Position numbers and translations under genes: made by a program. A stretch of DNA of 64,000 nt, from the NCBI GenBank assembly GCA_902573065.1, contig CACGHX010000001.1, positions 23,564-87,563 on the forward strand, given 5' to 3'. Each line of letters opens with the position of its first letter. Position 1 is the stretch's first letter. Of the stretch, positions 9,315 through 19,491 are shown in pieces. This stretch comes from an uncultured Pelagibacteraceae bacterium. Lineage in GTDB: Bacteria > Pseudomonadota > Alphaproteobacteria > Pelagibacterales > Pelagibacteraceae. The notes beneath the pieces were generated by a model. That model ran no database searches, had not been told where the DNA came from, and worked only from the letters and a program-made list of their open reading frames with translations.

Positions 9315-11636
9315 CTAATTAAAAAACTTTTCCAGCTTTACAGGTTTTTGACTAAGCATGTATTTGTATACATTCATATTTTCTAATACTCTCTGAACAT
9401 AATTTCTTGTTTCTTCAAATTTTATTAGTTCTATCCAATTAACATAATCGATTTTATTTTTGCTAGGATCACCATTTAACCTTCGCCATTGCCTTACTCG
9501 TTTAGGTCCTGCATTATATGCAGCTATAGCAAATGGATAAACCTCTGCATAATCATTTAAAAGAGAATTAAAATAATAAGTACCAAGACTAATATTATAT
9601 TCAGGATCAGAGGTTAATTTTCTTTTACTATAAGTCACATCCATTTGTTTTGCTACTAGCTTTGCCGTATACGTCATTAATTGCATCATACCTTTTGCAC
9701 CTGCATAACTATTTGCTTTTGGATCAAACTCACTTTCCTGTCTCGTAATTGCCAAAATTATTTCTTGTGATGGCATTGATTTACCTTTTAGCACTCTTGG
9801 AGTATTTATGATTGGATAATTAAATTTGTTATAGAATCTTTTTTCATATGATGCTTTTTTAGATACTTGAATGGAATAGTCATATCTCCCAACATTTGTT
9901 GCAAGTTTTGCAGCAAGAACTTCACTTCCTTTTTCTATATTTAATTCAGCAAGATGTTTTATTATATCTTTACTGTATTTAGTTTTATTAAGCTCATATA
10001 AAAGAATTACATGTTTAGTAAGTGGATTTTCATTAAATTCTTTTTCGAATTCCTTAGAGTACTTAGAGTCATCGATTAATTCAAAATCTTCAAAAGGTTT
10101 GATTTTTTGAAAAGATAATTGACCATAATAAGTTGTTAAAAATTTTGAGCCTTCTTCATAAAATTTTGTAGCTAATTTTTCGTTTCCAATTTTTTCATAT
10201 GTTTTCCCGATCCAGTATGCCCCCCTAGCTAAACTAATTGGGTATCCTACATTGTCATAAAATTTTTTAAAATGTTGAAGAGCTATATAAGGATCATTTA
10301 AAAAACTTAAAGATATCCATCCAGACATCCACTCTGCTTCAGCATACTCGGGTCCTTCACTCATAGAATGATTTTTTGCAACCTCGTATGCTTCTTGATA
10401 TCTTTTTTTATAAATTAAAGATCTTGATATTATAGATCTCTCTTTCCACCATAACTCAGGTTTTATCAAAGCTGTTTCATTATTAGGAATTTTGTTTATG
10501 ATTTCTAAAGATGAGTCTAGCCTTCCTCTTCTTCTTCTCCATTTTAATCTGTCGTAATTTAACCCCATATCATTTTTAAACCTGGCTGGAACATCAGCTA
10601 TAGCTTTATCGACGCCGTAAGAACTGCTCATTACAATTTGTCTAGCATTATAAAGTGCTCTGTGATCTTGAGGTAAATATCTTAAAATTCTTTTTAAATC
10701 CCATCTTTTATATTCCCACGCCATATACTCAGCTCTTTTAATATGATCGGATGAATTTAAAATTTTTTTGTATTTTTTATTAAGATATCTTAGATCTTTT
10801 GAGCTTAAAGATGCTGTAATCCAACCTTCCTTAATCAACTCAGACCCCTCAGAAATATTCCCCTTTAATATGTATGCTTCTCCTAATTTAATTTTACCAA
10901 ATCCACTAAGTGGAGGATTTGAGACAAACCAACCAATGACTGTATTAGGACTGGTGGTTTTTAAATTTATTTTATGTTCAGCAAGATATTTTAACCTGTT
11001 AATCCTTGGATAATTTGGGTTCTTATCAATAAAGTTTATATATTCATCAAAACTTGACTTATTGGTTTTTTCTTTAAGGTAAATCCAAGTAACTAAATTT
11101 CTAAAATCTTTATTTTTAACTCTTTTAGAAAGAGCAAATGCTGTACTCCATTTTTTTTTAGTTATATTATCAAATATTTGTTTTGCATAATTATAATCTT
11201 TTTTTGATAAAATATTTGAACTTTCAGCAACTTTTACAATTTTCTTTTGGTAAGTTACGGGTTTTTTTACTGGTAAAATAAATTCATTACTTATTGTTTC
11301 TGAAATTATTTTTTCTTTTTGTGATAAATTAACTTTTTCGTTTTCTTTACTTTTTTTTGGTATTTCAATATTCTTAATTTTTTGTTCAGCTAGTTTATTT
11401 TTGTTATTAGCTACTTTAGGCTTTTCTTTCGGTAATAATTGTTTCTTAACTAAAGTTTTATTTATTTTAATATTTGGTTTTTTTTTAGGTAATATTACAC
11501 TTATCTTTTTTTCATTTTTAACTGTCAGTATTTTGGGTTTAGATTTAGGAAGTAGTTTTAAATTACTATCAGATAGAGCAGGTAAATATGATAAACTGAA
11601 CAATAAAAAAACTAGACTAATTAAATGTTTAAGCAT
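9315..11636 (-). CDS. slt: soluble lytic murein transglycosylase (Slt70-like)
   Basis: 773 aa. It has a signal peptide, a long helical-repeat region and a C-terminal SLT domain with catalytic Glu (ITRQESEFDPKANSYAGAKGMMQLM ... AYNAGPKRV). Its stop lies 1 nt from the tRNA-Ser 3' end. Confidence 0.85.
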   Translation of the reverse strand: MLKHLISLVFLLFSLSYLPALSDSNLKLLPKSKPKILTVKNEKKISVILPKKKPNIKINKTLVKKQLLPKEKPKVANNKNKLAEQKIKNIEIPKKSKENEKVNLSQKEKIISETISNEFILPVKKPVTYQKKIVKVAESSNILSKKDYNYAKQIFDNITKKKWSTAFALSKRVKNKDFRNLVTWIYLKEKTNKSSFDEYINFIDKNPNYPRINRLKYLAEHKINLKTTSPNTVIGWFVSNPPLSGFGKIKLGEAYILKGNISEGSELIKEGWITASLSSKDLRYLNKKYKKILNSSDHIKRAEYMAWEYKRWDLKRILRYLPQDHRALYNARQIVMSSSYGVDKAIADVPARFKNDMGLNYDRLKWRRRRGRLDSSLEIINKIPNNETALIKPELWWKERSIISRSLIYKKRYQEAYEVAKNHSMSEGPEYAEAEWMSGWISLSFLNDPYIALQHFKKFYDNVGYPISLARGAYWIGKTYEKIGNEKLATKFYEEGSKFLTTYYGQLSFQKIKPFEDFELIDDSKYSKEFEKEFNENPLTKHVILLYELNKTKYSKDIIKHLAELNIEKGSEVLAAKLATNVGRYDYSIQVSKKASYEKRFYNKFNYPIINTPRVLKGKSMPSQEIILAITRQESEFDPKANSYAGAKGMMQLMTYTAKLVAKQMDVTYSKRKLTSDPEYNISLGTYYFNSLLNDYAEVYPFAIAAYNAGPKRVRQWRRLNGDPSKNKIDYVNWIELIKFEETRNYVQRVLENMNVYKYMLSQKPVKLEKFFN
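11256..11558 (-). repeat. degenerate Lys/Pro-rich LPKxKP peptide repeats in the N-terminal part of Slt
   Basis: The translation shows LLPKSKPK, ILPKKKPN, LLPKEKPK, EIPKKSKE and ILPVKKPV spaced along about 100 aa after the signal peptide. Confidence 0.5.
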
Positions 11637-11675
11637 AAAGTTACGAGAATTTAGTTTAATACTATATAAATAAAT

Positions 11676-12560
11676 ATGTTTAAAGGTTCAATCGTAGCTT
11701 TAATTACACCATTTAAAAACAATGTTTTAGACCAAGATAAATACACGTCTTTAATACATCATCATATTAAAAATGGAACAAATGGAGTTGTTCCAGCGGG
11801 CACAACTGGCGAGTCGCCTACACTAGATCATGATGAGCATAAAAAAGTTATAGAAATAGCAGTTAAAGAAACGAATGGTAAAATTCCTGTTATTGCAGGA
11901 ACAGGATCTAACTCAACAACTGAAGCAATAGAACTTTCTATACACGCTGAGAAAACCGGAGCAAACGCTCTTTTAATTGTAACACCATATTATAACAAAC
12001 CAACACAAGAAGGTTTATATCAACACTATAAGGCTATTAATGACAAAGTTGGAATTCCAATCATTATTTATAATATTCCTCCTAGATCAGTTGTAGATAT
12101 GTCAGTCGATACAATGGCAAGACTATTTGAACTAAAAAATATAGCTGGTGTTAAAGATGCAACTGCGGATTTAAATAGAGTTGATAAACAATTAAAAAAA
12201 ATGGGACCCGAATTCATTCAGCTTTCAGGAGAAGATGGAACGGCTCTAGAATTTAATTTAAGAGGAGGAGTTGGATGTATAAGCGTGACAGCAAACGTTG
12301 CGCCAAAACTTTGTTCAGAATTTCAAAATGCTTCCTTAAGTAAAAATAATAGTAATCTGATTGCAAAGGCAAAAGAGATCAATAAAAAGTTAATGCCACT
12401 ACACAAGTCATTATTTATTGAGAGTAATCCAAGTCCTGTTAAATACGCAGCTAGTTTATTAAACTTATCTTCTGATGAAGTTAGATTACCTTTGGTAAAA
12501 ATCACGGAGAAAACGAAAAAAGAAGTACAAAAGGCACTCAAAATTGCAGAACTTCTTTAA
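11676..12560 (+). CDS. dapA: 4-hydroxy-tetrahydrodipicolinate synthase
   Basis: 294 aa. Motifs: [29 protein letters not shown] (Schiff-base Lys region). Confidence 0.95.
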   Translation: MFKGSIVALITPFKNNVLDQDKYTSLIHHHIKNGTNGVVPAGTTGESPTLDHDEHKKVIEIAVKETNGKIPVIAGTGSNSTTEAIELSIHAEKTGANALLIVTPYYNKPTQEGLYQHYKAINDKVGIPIIIYNIPPRSVVDMSVDTMARLFELKNIAGVKDATADLNRVDKQLKKMGPEFIQLSGEDGTALEFNLRGGVGCISVTANVAPKLCSEFQNASLSKNNSNLIAKAKEINKKLMPLHKSLFIESNPSPVKYAASLLNLSSDEVRLPLVKITEKTKKEVQKALKIAELL

Positions 12561-13030
12561 TGAAAGATAGGAAAAATACCGGAATTAAAATTGTTTGTAA
12601 TAATAGAAAAGCAAGTTTTAATTATTTTTTTCATGAATTTTTTGAAGCGGGTATAGTTTTAAAAGGTTCTGAGGTTAAGGCATTAAGAGACGGAAAAGCA
12701 AATATAACTGACGCATACGCAAACGATACTAACGGGGAGATTTATTTGATTAATTCTCATATACCACTTTATAAAGAGTCAAGTTACAACAACCATAATC
12801 CTAGAGATATGAGGAAGCTTTTACTTAACAAAAAAGAGATAAATAAAGTAATTGGCAAGATCAATAGAGAGGGTCTTACCATTGTTCCAACAAAATTATA
12901 TTTTAAAAAAGGTAAAGCAAAAGTTGAGTTGGCTGTTGCAAAAGGTAAAAAACTTTATGATAAGAGAAATGTTAAAAAGAAAAAATCTTGGGAACGAGAA
13001 CAAGCAAGAATTTTAAGTAAAAACAAATAA
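12560..13030 (+). CDS. smpB: SsrA-binding protein
   Basis: 156 aa. [29 protein letters not shown] and the basic C-terminal tail are typical of SmpB. Confidence 0.95.
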   Translation: MKDRKNTGIKIVCNNRKASFNYFFHEFFEAGIVLKGSEVKALRDGKANITDAYANDTNGEIYLINSHIPLYKESSYNNHNPRDMRKLLLNKKEINKVIGKINREGLTIVPTKLYFKKGKAKVELAVAKGKKLYDKRNVKKKKSWEREQARILSKNK

Positions 13031-13560
13031 TGATTTTTCTTGGTATTGGTTCAAATTTAAGTTCAAGTTTTGGAAATAAAATTGACAATATCAATTCAGC
13101 AATTTTATTGTTAAAAAAAAACAATATAGAGGTTTTAAAAGTATCAAGTTTCTATGAGAGTGTGGCATATCCAAACAAAAGTGATCCAAAATTTATAAAC
13201 ATTGTTGTTGAAGTAAAAACATTGCTTGAACCAAAGGATTTGATGATAAATTTACTTAAAATTGAGGAAAAACTTGAGAGAAAAAGATCCAAAAGAAATG
13301 CGCCAAGAACTTGCGATATTGACATCATTGATTATAAAAGGAAAACAATAAACCTAGAACTTGATAATCTTCAATTACAAATACCCCATAAGTCTTTAGC
13401 TGATAGGAATTTTGTATTATACCCACTTAAGGAAATTTGCCCCAATTGGTCTCACCCTTTAAATAATACCTCGATCGATTTTTTAATTACTAATTTAAAA
13501 AACAAAAATAATGGTATTACAAAACTATCTCAAAGTGATATAAATAGTTATGTTAGATAA
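13030..13560 (+). CDS. folK: 2-amino-4-hydroxy-6-hydroxymethyldihydropteridine pyrophosphokinase
   Basis: 176 aa. It shows the HPPK pattern: GIGSNL, RTCDIDIID, IPHKSLADRNFVLYPLKEI. Confidence 0.88.
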   Translation: MIFLGIGSNLSSSFGNKIDNINSAILLLKKNNIEVLKVSSFYESVAYPNKSDPKFINIVVEVKTLLEPKDLMINLLKIEEKLERKRSKRNAPRTCDIDIIDYKRKTINLELDNLQLQIPHKSLADRNFVLYPLKEICPNWSHPLNNTSIDFLITNLKNKNNGITKLSQSDINSYVR

Positions 13561-15295
13561 TGAAGACTTAATAAAAAAAGTTAAATCCTATAATAGATTT
13601 TTGAACCCTAATGCGTTAAATAAAGCTTATAATTTTGCTCTAGAAGCCCATAAAAATCAAAAAAGAGACGAGGGAATTCCTTACATAAGTCACCCAGTTG
13701 CTGTTGCAAGTATTCTTACTGAACTTAAATTAGACAGTGCTACAATAACCACTGGTTTATTACATGATACTGTTGAGGACACTAAGGCAACCTATGAGAC
13801 AGTTAAAAAAGAATTTGGCAAGGAAGTTGCAGACTTGGTGGATGGTGTTACTAAAATCTCTGCACTTGAAGAAAAAGCTTTAGAAAACTCCAAAGCAGAA
13901 AATCTTAGAAAATTAATTTTAGCCACATCAAAAGATATAAGGGTTCTACTAGTTAAATTAGCTGACAGACTACATAATATGAGAACTATTAATTTTCTTA
14001 AAGACAAGAATAAAAAAATTCGAAAAGCCAAAGAAACTATGGAAATTTATGCTCCGTTAGCCGATAGAATGGGGATGAATACAATAAGAGATGAATTAGA
14101 AGATTTATCTTTTTCAATTTTAAATCCTGATGCTAGAAATTTAATTCTTAATAGACTTACATTTATCAAAGACAAAAGAGAAGATATTGTAAAAAGTGTT
14201 TATTATGATCTTAATAAATTACTCTTGGATAACAACATAGATGCTGAAATAACTGGTAGAGAAAAAACACCTTTTTCAATTTGGAGAAAGATGCAGTCGA
14301 AAAGAATTTCTTTAGAACAATTAACAGATATTGTTGGTTTTCGGGTTATTGTAAAAAATATTAATGATTGCTATATAACACTTGGTATTTTTCACAATGA
14401 GTACTCAGCAATTCCAGGAAAATTTAAGGATTATATATCTACACCTAAAATAAATCAGTATAAATCAATTCACACATCAGTTATTGGTCCAATGAAAAAA
14501 AGAATTGAGATACAGATAAGAACTAGACCTATGCATGAATTTGCTGAAAGAGGAATAGCATCTCATTGGAAATATAAATCGTCTGAAAAATTTTCTGAAA
14601 TCTCTTGGAAAGAGTATGACTGGTTAAAAGATCTGGTTGAAATAATTGAGACCGGCGGAAGTCCAGAACATTATTTTGAATTTACGAAACTACAAATGTT
14701 TCAAGACAACGTTTTTTGTTTCACACCAAAAGGTGCTGTAATCAAATTACCAAAAGATGCTACGCCAATTGACTTTGCTTACGCTGTTCATACAAAAATT
14801 GGTGATACCGCAATTGGTTGTGAAATAAACGGCAAAAACTCTCCTTTACAATCCTCACTAAAAAATGGAGACATGATTTCTATAATAACCTCAAAAAAAG
14901 TTTCACCTTCATTGCATTGGTTGTCTTCAAGCAAAACTGGAAAAGCTCGTGCATCAATAAGAAAGCATTGGCAGGGTAGGTTTTTAAATAAAAATGAAAA
15001 ATTAAAAAAGTATAGTTCTACACTATCAATTGATTTGCCACACAAACCAGGTATTTTAGGAAAAGTAAGTACATTAATTGGCTTAAATAATGCAAATATA
15101 ATTAATATAGAGCTAACCAAAAGAACTAATGAATATCTCACTTTTTTATTTGATATACAGATACAAGATTTAAAAGACTTTACAAATTTGATAAGTCAAC
15201 TTAAACAAGAAAAGCTTAAATTTAAAGTAATACGTCATAAAAAGAAAAAGTATGCTTTCATACAAAGAGTCCTTGAAAATTTTAAAAGAAACTGA
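13550..15295 (+). CDS. spoT: bifunctional (p)ppGpp synthetase/hydrolase (RelA/SpoT homologue), short form
   Basis: 581 aa. It has the HD hydrolase domain (HPVAVASILTEL...GLLHDTVEDT, KLADRLHNMRT), the synthetase domain (GREKTPFSIWRKM, YKSIHTSV, EIQIRT), a TGS domain (FCFTPKGAVIKLPKDATPIDFAYAVHTKIG) and an ACT-like C-terminus. Confidence 0.9.
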   Translation: MLDNEDLIKKVKSYNRFLNPNALNKAYNFALEAHKNQKRDEGIPYISHPVAVASILTELKLDSATITTGLLHDTVEDTKATYETVKKEFGKEVADLVDGVTKISALEEKALENSKAENLRKLILATSKDIRVLLVKLADRLHNMRTINFLKDKNKKIRKAKETMEIYAPLADRMGMNTIRDELEDLSFSILNPDARNLILNRLTFIKDKREDIVKSVYYDLNKLLLDNNIDAEITGREKTPFSIWRKMQSKRISLEQLTDIVGFRVIVKNINDCYITLGIFHNEYSAIPGKFKDYISTPKINQYKSIHTSVIGPMKKRIEIQIRTRPMHEFAERGIASHWKYKSSEKFSEISWKEYDWLKDLVEIIETGGSPEHYFEFTKLQMFQDNVFCFTPKGAVIKLPKDATPIDFAYAVHTKIGDTAIGCEINGKNSPLQSSLKNGDMISIITSKKVSPSLHWLSSSKTGKARASIRKHWQGRFLNKNEKLKKYSSTLSIDLPHKPGILGKVSTLIGLNNANIINIELTKRTNEYLTFLFDIQIQDLKDFTNLISQLKQEKLKFKVIRHKKKKYAFIQRVLENFKRN

Positions 15296-15833
15296 TGCAT
15301 TAATAGAAGGACATTTTATTCTTTCGTCAGGACTACACAGCGATAAATATATTCAATGTGCTAAACTTTTAAGCAAACCTCAAAAAGCTAAAGACTTGTG
15401 TCAATCACTAGCGGAAAAAATTAAAGAAAATTTTAATGACTTTAATCTTGTCCTATCCCCTGCTATTGGGGGTATTGTAATCGGATATGAAATTGGTCGA
15501 CTTTTAAATGTAGAAACTATTTTTGCAGAAAGAGTAAATAAAATTTTTCAATTACGAAGAGGTTTTGAAATTAAAAAAAATCATAAAATTTTAATCGTTG
15601 AAGATGTAATAACTACTGGAAAATCTAGTTTAGAATGTTCCGTTCTTGCTGAAAAGTTAGGTGCAGAGATTGTTGGTTTTGCAAGTTTAATAGATAGATC
15701 TAATGGTAAAAGCAAAATTAATAAAAAAATTATTTCGCAAGTTCAAATAGAAATCCCCACATTCACTGAAGAAGATATTCCTGAAAAAATTAAAAGAATT
15801 AAGGCAACCAAACCTGGAAGTAGAGATTTATGA
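15252..15833 (+). CDS. pyrE: orotate phosphoribosyltransferase
   Basis: 193 aa. It has EGHFILSSGLHSDKY and the PRPP loop ILIVEDVITTGKS. The start overlaps the end of spoT by 44 nt in another frame. Confidence 0.85.
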   Translation: MLSYKESLKILKETDALIEGHFILSSGLHSDKYIQCAKLLSKPQKAKDLCQSLAEKIKENFNDFNLVLSPAIGGIVIGYEIGRLLNVETIFAERVNKIFQLRRGFEIKKNHKILIVEDVITTGKSSLECSVLAEKLGAEIVGFASLIDRSNGKSKINKKIISQVQIEIPTFTEEDIPEKIKRIKATKPGSRDL

Positions 15834-16555
15834 TGTTAAAGCCAAAACTCGGTATAAATATAGATCATGTTGCAACCGTAAGAAATGCAAGAGGAGAAGA
15901 CTATCCTAGTCCTTTAAGAGCAGCATTGTTAGCCCAAAAATCAGGAGCAGATTCAATTACAATACATTTAAGAGAAGATAGAAGACATATAAAAGATAAT
16001 GATTTAATTAAGATAAACAAAAAACTTAGAATTCCACTTAACTTAGAAATGGCTCCAACAAATGAAATGCTTAAAATATCTTTAAAGCACAGACCAGATT
16101 ATATTTGTATAGTTCCTGAAAAAAGGACTGAAATCACAACAGAGGGTGGTTTAAATTTAAAAAAAAATCAAAAACTATTAAAAAAAATTTTAAAAAAGTT
16201 TAAAGACAAAAAGATAAGATCAAGCTTATTTATCGAACCAAAAATATCTGACATTAAAATTGCTAAGGATTTAAATGCTGATTGCGTAGAAATTCATACA
16301 GGTAAAATTTGTAATTTACTTAACAAAAATAAAAATATTAAAAAAGAATTTATAAAAATTAAAACGGCAGTTAGATATGCTAATATGATTGGATTAGAGG
16401 TGCATGCTGGGCATGGTATTAATTTTTCCTCTGCCAAAGTATTATCTAAAATAAAAGGCATAAAAGAATTTAATATAGGACATTTCATAATTGGAGAATC
16501 AATTTTTATTGGTCTTAAAAAAACAATAAAAAAATTTAGAAAAATTATTAAATAA
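15830..16555 (+). CDS. pdxJ: pyridoxine 5'-phosphate synthase
   Basis: 241 aa. Motifs: LGINIDHVATVRNARG, TIHLREDRRHI, NLEMAPTNEM, EVHAGHG. Confidence 0.95.
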   Translation: MMLKPKLGINIDHVATVRNARGEDYPSPLRAALLAQKSGADSITIHLREDRRHIKDNDLIKINKKLRIPLNLEMAPTNEMLKISLKHRPDYICIVPEKRTEITTEGGLNLKKNQKLLKKILKKFKDKKIRSSLFIEPKISDIKIAKDLNADCVEIHTGKICNLLNKNKNIKKEFIKIKTAVRYANMIGLEVHAGHGINFSSAKVLSKIKGIKEFNIGHFIIGESIFIGLKKTIKKFRKIIK

Positions 16556-18279
16556 TGAATTTATTTGATTTGTACGCAAATAAGATAAAAAAAAAAATTA
16601 TTAAAAATAAATCTATTTTTAATTTAAAAAATCAAAATGAAATTAGAAATATTGTAGTGGAAACACCACCCGACAAATTTAATTTTGATTTATCCTCAAA
16701 TGCTGCAATGATATTAGCTAAAAATGTGAATAAAAATCCAAGAGTGATTGCTGAAAAATTAAAAGAGATATTACTTAAAGAAATTAAAGATTTTTCTTTA
16801 ATAGAGATAGCTGGACCAGGTTTTCTCAACTTTAAAATAAGTAATAATACATGGCAAAAAACAATAAATTCTATATTAAAATCAAATAAAAATTACGGAT
16901 CAAATAAACAAAAACAAAGTTTTAATATAGAATTTGTATCTGCAAACCCTACCGGGCCAATGCACGTAGGTCACTGTCGTGGTGCTGTATTCGGTGATGT
17001 TTTAAGTAATTTATTAACTTTTAACGGTGGAAAAGTAACAAAAGAATTTTATATAAATGATTATGGAAATCAAATTGAAAACTTTGTTAGGTCTGTTTAT
17101 TTAAGAATAAGAGAAATTAAATTCAAAGAAAACTTTCCTGATGATAAAAATTTATATCAGGGAGAATATATTAAAGATATTGCTAAAGCGGTTTTAAATA
17201 AATTAAAGAAAATTAAATTTAATAGCTTTGAAAAAGTTTTTGAGATATTAAAAAAAGAGTCATTAAATTACTCTTTAAATTTAATTAAATCTGATCTTAA
17301 GTTATTAGGAGTAAAACACGACCTTTTTTTCTCAGAAACTAAAATGGTTAAAAATAAGTCTGTTGATAAAATAATTAAAATATTAAAAAAAAATAACTTT
17401 GTATTCGAGGGTTTTTTAGAAGCTCCTAGAGGTGATGATTCTAGTTCATGGAAAAAAACTAAAAGATTAATATTCAAGTCATCAAGTTTTGGAGACGATA
17501 CAGATAGAGCTTTACAAAAAAATGATGGAACGTGGACATATTTTGCTAATGACATTGGTTATCATTCAATAAAAATAAATAAAAAATATGATAGTCTAAT
17601 TAATATATTAGGTGCTGATCACATAGGATATATAAAAAGAATTTCTGCTGCAGTCAGCGCAATGTCAAATAATAAAATAAATTTAACTTGTAAAGTTTGT
17701 CAATTAGTAAAATTTTTAAAAAATGGCGAGCCATTTAAAATGTCTAAGAGATCAGGTGATTTTTTTCCATTAAATAAATTATTAAAGGAGGTTAATAAAG
17801 ACTCAATCAGATTTATGATGTTATATAGAAGCAATGATGTTGAGTTAGAATTTGATTTTAAAAAAGTTTTAGAAAAAAATAAAGATAACCCAGTTTTTTA
17901 TGTTCAGTATTGTTATGCTAGAATAAATTCTATATTTAGAACTTTAAAAATTGACCCTTCAAAAAAAACAAGTCTTAGTTCTGTTGATTTTAAAATAAAT
18001 AATTTTGAAGAAAAACTTCTTAAAAAAATTATTGAATGGCCTAAAGTTGTTGACGTTGCCTCAAATAAAAAAGAACCTCACAGAATACCTTTTTATTTAT
18101 ATGAGCTTTCAACTCTATTTCATTCTTATTGGAGCAAGGGAAATGAAGATCCTAATTATAAGTTTATAAAGAATGGAAATATTGCAAACAAAGTTACTTT
18201 AAAAATCTTTCAAATAATTTCAATAATTCTTGAGAATGGCATGTTCATCTTAGGTGTTTCTTTACCAAGAAAAATGTAA
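16555..18279 (+). CDS. argS: arginyl-tRNA synthetase
   Basis: 574 aa. It has the HIGH-type motif SANPTGPMHVGHCRG, the ArgRS core (GADHIGYIKR) and a C-terminal DALR-type anticodon-binding domain (YVQYCYARINSI). Confidence 0.95.
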   Translation: MNLFDLYANKIKKKIIKNKSIFNLKNQNEIRNIVVETPPDKFNFDLSSNAAMILAKNVNKNPRVIAEKLKEILLKEIKDFSLIEIAGPGFLNFKISNNTWQKTINSILKSNKNYGSNKQKQSFNIEFVSANPTGPMHVGHCRGAVFGDVLSNLLTFNGGKVTKEFYINDYGNQIENFVRSVYLRIREIKFKENFPDDKNLYQGEYIKDIAKAVLNKLKKIKFNSFEKVFEILKKESLNYSLNLIKSDLKLLGVKHDLFFSETKMVKNKSVDKIIKILKKNNFVFEGFLEAPRGDDSSSWKKTKRLIFKSSSFGDDTDRALQKNDGTWTYFANDIGYHSIKINKKYDSLINILGADHIGYIKRISAAVSAMSNNKINLTCKVCQLVKFLKNGEPFKMSKRSGDFFPLNKLLKEVNKDSIRFMMLYRSNDVELEFDFKKVLEKNKDNPVFYVQYCYARINSIFRTLKIDPSKKTSLSSVDFKINNFEEKLLKKIIEWPKVVDVASNKKEPHRIPFYLYELSTLFHSYWSKGNEDPNYKFIKNGNIANKVTLKIFQIISIILENGMFILGVSLPRKM

Positions 18280-18542
18280 TGTATAAAAAAATTGTAAATT
18301 CATTTTATTTTATATTTATTATTCTTTTACTAACTTATGTAATTATTGTTTATTTTTCTGAAGAAGTTTCATTAAAAATAAATCAAAATAGAGCTAATTA
18401 TTCTAAAAATATAGAAACAAAAATTTTAGACATACCTTTTCTTAAAAATGATACTGACAATATAATAAATTTTAATTTACAGAATAATATAGAAAAAAAA
18501 ATTAAAAAAAGATATTTTTGGAATCTTCTAAAAGATGATTAG
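18279..18542 (+). CDS. small membrane-anchored hypothetical protein
   Basis: 87 aa with one N-terminal TM helix (FYFIFIILLLTYVIIVYF) and no recognisable domain. It overlaps or abuts argS and nagZ, so it is probably translated. Confidence 0.4.
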   Translation: MYKKIVNSFYFIFIILLLTYVIIVYFSEEVSLKINQNRANYSKNIETKILDIPFLKNDTDNIINFNLQNNIEKKIKKRYFWNLLKDD

Positions 18543-19482
18543 AAAAGCAGCTATAATAAGTATTAAGGGTACGAAATTAAGCAATTTAGAAAAGAGTCTT
18601 TTAATAAAAGAAAAACCTTGGGGAGTAATTTTATTTAAGAGAAATATAGTTTCTTTTAAGCAAACTTCGTTTTTAACAAAAACAATAAGAAAATGCATGA
18701 ATGACCCTTTTTACCCAATATTAATAGATGAGGAGGGAGGTAAGGTGTCAAGATTATCAGAACTTTTTAGTACAAGGGAATTTACCCAATCATTTTTTGG
18801 CAAATTATTCAAAAAAAATAAAAAAAAAGGAAAATTAATTTACAAATATTATCTAGAAACAATATGTAATATTTTAATAGAACTAGGAATTAATATTAAT
18901 ACCATTCCAGTTATGGATTTGTTACAAAAATCTACACATGAAATTATAAAAGATAGATCATTTTCTGATGAGTCTAATACTGTAAAATCTTTGGGAAGAT
19001 TTTGTATTTCCTTTTTAAAAAAGAAAAAAATTGCATCAGTAGCCAAACATGTTCCTGGTCATGGTTGTGCTAGTGCAGATAGTCATTACAAATTACCTGT
19101 TGTGTATAAAAAAATAAATAAATTATATAGTGATGATTTTAAGCTTTTTAAAAATTTAAATTCTAATTTTATGATGACTGCACATATTCTCTATAAAAAA
19201 ATAGACTCAAAAAATTTAGCTACTTTTTCTACTTATATAATTAAAAATATAATAAGAAAAAAACTTAATTTTAATGGTATTTTAATTTCCGATGATATTT
19301 CAATGAAAGCTTTAAGTAGTAATTTATGTTCAAATGCAGATAAAGCACTTAATGCAGGTTGTAATTTAGTATTGTATTGCAAAGGTGACATTAAAGAATC
19401 GAGCAAACTATTAAAGAATTTGAGATTTATAGATAATTTTACTAAAAAAAAAACTTATCAATTCTATGATTTTTTAAGATAA
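18535..19482 (+). CDS. nagZ: beta-N-acetylhexosaminidase (GH3, NagZ-like)
   Basis: 315 aa. Motifs: ILIDEEGGKVSRL, KHVPGHGCASADSHYKLP, ILISDDISMKAL. Confidence 0.85.
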   Translation: MIRKAAIISIKGTKLSNLEKSLLIKEKPWGVILFKRNIVSFKQTSFLTKTIRKCMNDPFYPILIDEEGGKVSRLSELFSTREFTQSFFGKLFKKNKKKGKLIYKYYLETICNILIELGININTIPVMDLLQKSTHEIIKDRSFSDESNTVKSLGRFCISFLKKKKIASVAKHVPGHGCASADSHYKLPVVYKKINKLYSDDFKLFKNLNSNFMMTAHILYKKIDSKNLATFSTYIIKNIIRKKLNFNGILISDDISMKALSSNLCSNADKALNAGCNLVLYCKGDIKESSKLLKNLRFIDNFTKKKTYQFYDFLR

Positions 19483-19491
19483 TATTAAATT

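Noticed and set aside
10768-11673. + strand ORFs (81 aa and 90 aa) antisense to slt. The second reaches into the slt-dapA spacer.
   Set aside because: Their hydrophobic, Phe/Leu-rich sequences are produced by reading the Lys-rich (AAA/AAG) repeats of slt backwards. There is no independent support.
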